From Naegleria gruberi (lineage: Eukaryota), in NCBI GenBank assembly GCA_000004985.1, contig GG739513.1: a DNA stretch of 1,189 bases, one strand, 5' to 3'. The notes below the pieces were generated by a model. The model saw only the letters and a list, made by a program, of their open reading frames with translations. It was not told the origin of the DNA and ran no database searches. Positions 1-1,189 of the stretch are shown in pieces. A program made the translations under genes and the position numbers. Numbering within the stretch: position 1 is the first letter of the stretch; every line of letters starts with the position of its first letter.

Positions 1-302
1 GCAAATGGGATAGTGTAAATTCTCTCATTCGACTCTATAAATTCCTGAACTGGAGCACACGTTTCACATGAACATGATAGAATAATATGGGAAATCTTGC
101 TATTGAGAGGTTGCAGGTGTTCGATAGCAACCTTGTTTTGGTTATTGTAAAGTTTTAAGCAGTGTTTTGCAATTGATTGAATAGCACTTTTAGATAGAGC
201 TTCCTTATTGGTCAATTGTTTGAGGAATGGAATAACTAGGTGATGAACAAACCTAATTGTAAAATTCGTACGGCTGATAAGGTTTCTTGCTAGCATTGAC
301 AT
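1..302 (-). CDS. 5' portion of a protein-coding gene of unknown function (hypothetical protein), running off the left edge. Candidate starts are ATG at 302-300 or 296-294. The frame is open up to the TAA at 386-384.
   Basis: By hand translation, minus-strand triplets complementary to + positions 383..3 contain no stop codon, so at least 127 codons run off the window. Translation from 302 reads MSMLARNLISRTNFTIRFVHHLVIPFLKQLTNKEALSKSAIQSIAKHCLKLYNNQNKVAIEHLQPLNSKISHIILSCSCETCAPVQEFIESNERIYTIPF... Every other frame in 1-310 has several stops. No Shine-Dalgarno motif precedes either ATG. The composition is unusual, with 0 Gly and 0 Asp in the 98 codons translated from 296, which lowers confidence. 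The ORF track omits it, presumably because it is incomplete. Confidence 0.4.
   Translation of the reverse strand, partial: MSMLARNLISRTNFTIRFVHHLVIPFLKQLTNKEALSKSAIQSIAKHCLKLYNNQNKVAIEHLQPLNSKISHIILSCSCETCAPVQEFIESNERIYTIPF
107..146 (+). terminator. Terminator-like hairpin with a T-rich tail. Probably coincidental, because it lies inside the minus-strand ORF.
   Basis: The stem 107-114/127-134 has 7 Watson-Crick pairs and one G-U pair, with a 12-nt loop. It is followed by GTTTTGGTTATTG. Confidence 0.15.
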
Positions 303-309
303 TACAAGA

Positions 310-540
310 TTGCAGGAAGCATCGTTTGATGAGTTGAGAATTTCCGAGAATGATCCAATAGTTTCTAGGATTTCCACATTTTTTTATGACTTGAGCAGAA
401 TGAATCAACTCCGTCCCTCATTAACCCTTAGCTATTATGACTTTTATTACCAGCGTAAAAAAATTGAAGATGAGTTGAAGACGCAGGGGCACATGTTCCT
501 TGTTGTTGAATGGCTAATCTCTATTTGTGGAAAAGAATAA
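310..540 (+). CDS. Dubious 76-codon ORF, likely spurious or an antisense-shadow ORF
   Basis: It is listed in the ORF track. It starts with TTG, and the first in-frame ATG is at 400-402. There is no SD-like motif upstream of either. It begins 8 bp from the minus-strand ATG at 302 and overlaps the open minus-strand frame across 310-383. An ORF of this length is expected by chance in six frames of an AT-rich 1.2-kb window. Confidence 0.12.
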   Translation: MQEASFDELRISENDPIVSRISTFFYDLSRMNQLRPSLTLSYYDFYYQRKKIEDELKTQGHMFLVVEWLISICGKE

Positions 541-692
541 AATGTTTTGTGTTAGATTGAAGTCTAATAATAAAAATATTAGAAAAACCAATCCAAAGAA
601 AATGCACGCACAAGACCAACACACCAATTTTGAAAGTAATGATCACTCTCATTACCTTCTATACTATTGAGTGAACAAATCATCATTGAGCA

Positions 693-701
693 ATGACTCA
701 T
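693..701. promoter_or_regulatory. 9-bp palindrome ATGACTCAT, which matches the AP-1/Gcn4-type TGACTCA core
   Basis: Read directly from the sequence (caATGACTCATaaa). The match to the bZIP consensus is exact. It has functional meaning only if the source is a fungal or eukaryotic promoter region. Confidence 0.2.
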
Positions 702-714
702 AAACATGAAGTGC

Positions 715-730
715 AAGAGGAATTCCTCTT
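715..730. repeat. Perfect 16-bp palindrome AAGAGGAATTCCTCTT with a GAATTC core. It is a candidate dimeric-regulator binding site or a hairpin.
   Basis: The sequence 715-730 is identical to its reverse complement. It lies 13 bp downstream of the ATGACTCAT palindrome. Confidence 0.5.
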
Positions 731-905
731 CTAACAAAATATCCTTCTATTCTGTCAAAAAACCTGCATCTTGTAGATTTTCACCTTAAAAAACACATTT
801 ATTATTAAACAATTAACTCAAAGATATATAGATTTCACTCAATTAAGTATTGAATCTTGGCCTCACCACTATTGATGGGTAATCGAAAGAATACTCTGGG
901 TGGAA

Positions 906-949
906 GATTAGTATCCTTTTGGTACTATTCAAGAGGAGAGAATTAGTAC
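906..949 (+). other. Two mutually exclusive hairpins that share the segment 921-930. This is a candidate alternative-structure RNA element of the attenuator or riboswitch-expression-platform type.
   Basis: Segment 906-915 pairs with 921-930 (9 of 10 positions, including one G-U pair), with loop CTTTT. Alternatively, 922-930 pairs with 940-949 (9 bp with a one-nucleotide bulge), with a 9-nt purine loop AAGAGGAGA. The direct repeat ATTAGTA at 907-913 and 942-948 flanks the inverted copy TACTATT at 923-929. Confidence 0.25.
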
Positions 950-982
950 AGTATTGGGCGAATGAAATATATCTTTATTTTC

Positions 983-1020
983 GATTTGTTGTTCATTTAC
1001 AACAAATCAATCCTTTTTTT
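983..1020 (+). terminator. Hairpin and T-tract resembling a Rho-independent terminator, on the + strand
   Basis: A perfect 9-bp stem GATTTGTTG/CAACAAATC spans 983-991 and 1000-1008, with an 8-nt loop. After a 5-nt spacer (AATCC) comes a run of 7 T at 1014-1020. The stem is AT-rich with 3 GC pairs. The spacer makes it a weak candidate. Confidence 0.3.
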
Positions 1021-1108
1021 GGTTCAAACAATTTTTGCCACTATCCACCAACCAAAAACCTATCGCCCTGCAATAATAGTCGTAAAAATAAACTTTTATT
1101 AGTCCTAG

Positions 1109-1130
1109 CTAGTCGCAAACAAGCGACTAG
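1109..1130. promoter_or_regulatory. Inverted repeat CTAGTCGC-AAACAA-GCGACTAG (8-6-8). It is a candidate operator or a hairpin.
   Basis: The perfect 8-bp arms were read directly from the sequence. It is preceded by an extra CTAG (CTAGCTAG palindrome at 1105-1112) and followed by AAAACAGGGGGAACCC. No T-run follows on either strand, so it is not a classical terminator. It lies about 45-65 nt upstream of the SD-like motif at 1174-1180. Confidence 0.35.
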
Positions 1131-1173
1131 AAAACAGGGGGAACCCTTGCCAATTTTTCATTTTCATAATACT

Positions 1174-1180
1174 AAAGAGG
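1174..1180 (+). promoter_or_regulatory. Shine-Dalgarno-like AAAGAGG motif, implying a + strand start codon just beyond the window end
   Basis: The purine-rich AAAGAGG lies 9 nt from the window end. All three + frames have stops at 1168-1183, so any downstream gene must start after 1183. The call holds only if the source is an SD-using prokaryote. Confidence 0.25.
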
Positions 1181-1189
1181 TAAATCCCA

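Noticed and set aside
116-126. GTTCGAT, a tRNA T-loop-like motif
   Set aside because: It sits in a 12-nt loop of a simple hairpin. There is no acceptor, D or anticodon arm, and no cloverleaf could be drawn.
245-264. A duplicated 8-mer, TGAACAAA, at 245-252 and 672-679, with similar flanks ending in ATTG
   Set aside because: It is only about 15 of 20 identical. One copy lies inside the minus-strand ORF. It is too short and degenerate to call a mobile-element end or repeat family.
552-567. A small hairpin, TTAGAT-TGAA-GTCTAA, just downstream of the + ORF stop
   Set aside because: It has only 5 Watson-Crick pairs and one G-U pair, is AT-rich and is followed by an A-rich rather than a T-rich tract. 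It is not a credible terminator.
636-655. A 7-bp hairpin, GTAATGA-TCACTC-TCATTAC
   Set aside because: It is short and isolated, with no adjacent U-tract and no partner motif. It is likely a chance hairpin in AT-rich DNA.
825-831. TATATAG read as a bacterial -10 or eukaryotic TATA box
   Set aside because: There is no acceptable -35 at 16-18 bp spacing. As a eukaryotic TATA box it would be about 360 bp from the nearest candidate start, which is farther than usual. It is noted only as weak context.
895-905. GGGTGG, resembling the conserved core of a T-box antiterminator
   Set aside because: The flanking sequence (AAGATTAG) does not match the T-box consensus, which needs NACCGCG after UGG. No Stem I, specifier loop or AGAGA motifs were found at the expected distance.
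921-945. ATTCAAGAGGAGAG, resembling the 5' part of the SAM-I (S-box) riboswitch consensus UUAUCAAGAGAGG
   Set aside because: The downstream S-box elements (GGAGGGA, CUGGCCC, GAUGA and others) are absent.
1147-1175. A sigma70-like promoter TTGCCA ... CATAAT upstream of the SD-like motif
   Set aside because: The spacer between the best -35-like and -10-like hexamers is 13 nt. The alternative TACTAA -10 matches only 3 of 6. Neither forms a convincing promoter.
1-1189. CRISPR array or tandem repeats
   Set aside because: I found no regularly spaced direct repeats of 20 bp or more. The only recurring units are 5-11 nt motifs.

Overview
This 1189-bp window is AT-rich (about 36-38% GC by hand count) and has very little coding sequence. 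I found no tRNA, rRNA, CRISPR array, IS/transposon termini or long tandem repeats. The clearest coding signal is one the ORF track does not list. A minus-strand reading frame is open from position 383 to beyond position 1. It spans at least 127 codons with in-frame ATGs at 302-300 and 296-294, so the window probably holds the 5' end of a minus-strand gene that continues past the left edge. The one listed ORF (+310..540) starts with TTG and has no Shine-Dalgarno (SD) motif. It lies antisense to, and abuts, that start, so it is probably a chance or shadow ORF. From about 384 to 1189 the sequence is essentially ORF-free for roughly 800 bp, which is long for a prokaryotic intergenic region. That stretch contains structured or palindromic elements. 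At 693-701 there is a 9-bp palindrome, ATGACTCAT. At 715-730 there is a perfect 16-bp palindrome, AAGAGGAATTCCTCTT. Between 846 and 957 there is a cluster of AGTAT/TAGTA-type direct and inverted repeats that can form two mutually exclusive hairpins. At 983-1008 there is a perfect 9-bp hairpin followed by T7, which resembles a terminator. At 1109-1130 there is an 8-6-8 inverted repeat, CTAGTCGC-N6-GCGACTAG. At 1174-1180 an SD-like AAAGAGG motif suggests a + strand gene starts just beyond the right edge. I cannot tell from sequence alone whether the source is a low-GC bacterium or phage, or a yeast-like eukaryote. The lack of an SD before the minus-strand ATGs, a TATATAG motif and the consensus Gcn4/AP-1-type ATGACTCAT are compatible with a eukaryotic divergent promoter. 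The SD-like motif and the terminator-like hairpins are compatible with a bacterial regulatory leader. I do not recognise any known riboswitch or ncRNA family; I cannot run the searches, so this remains open.
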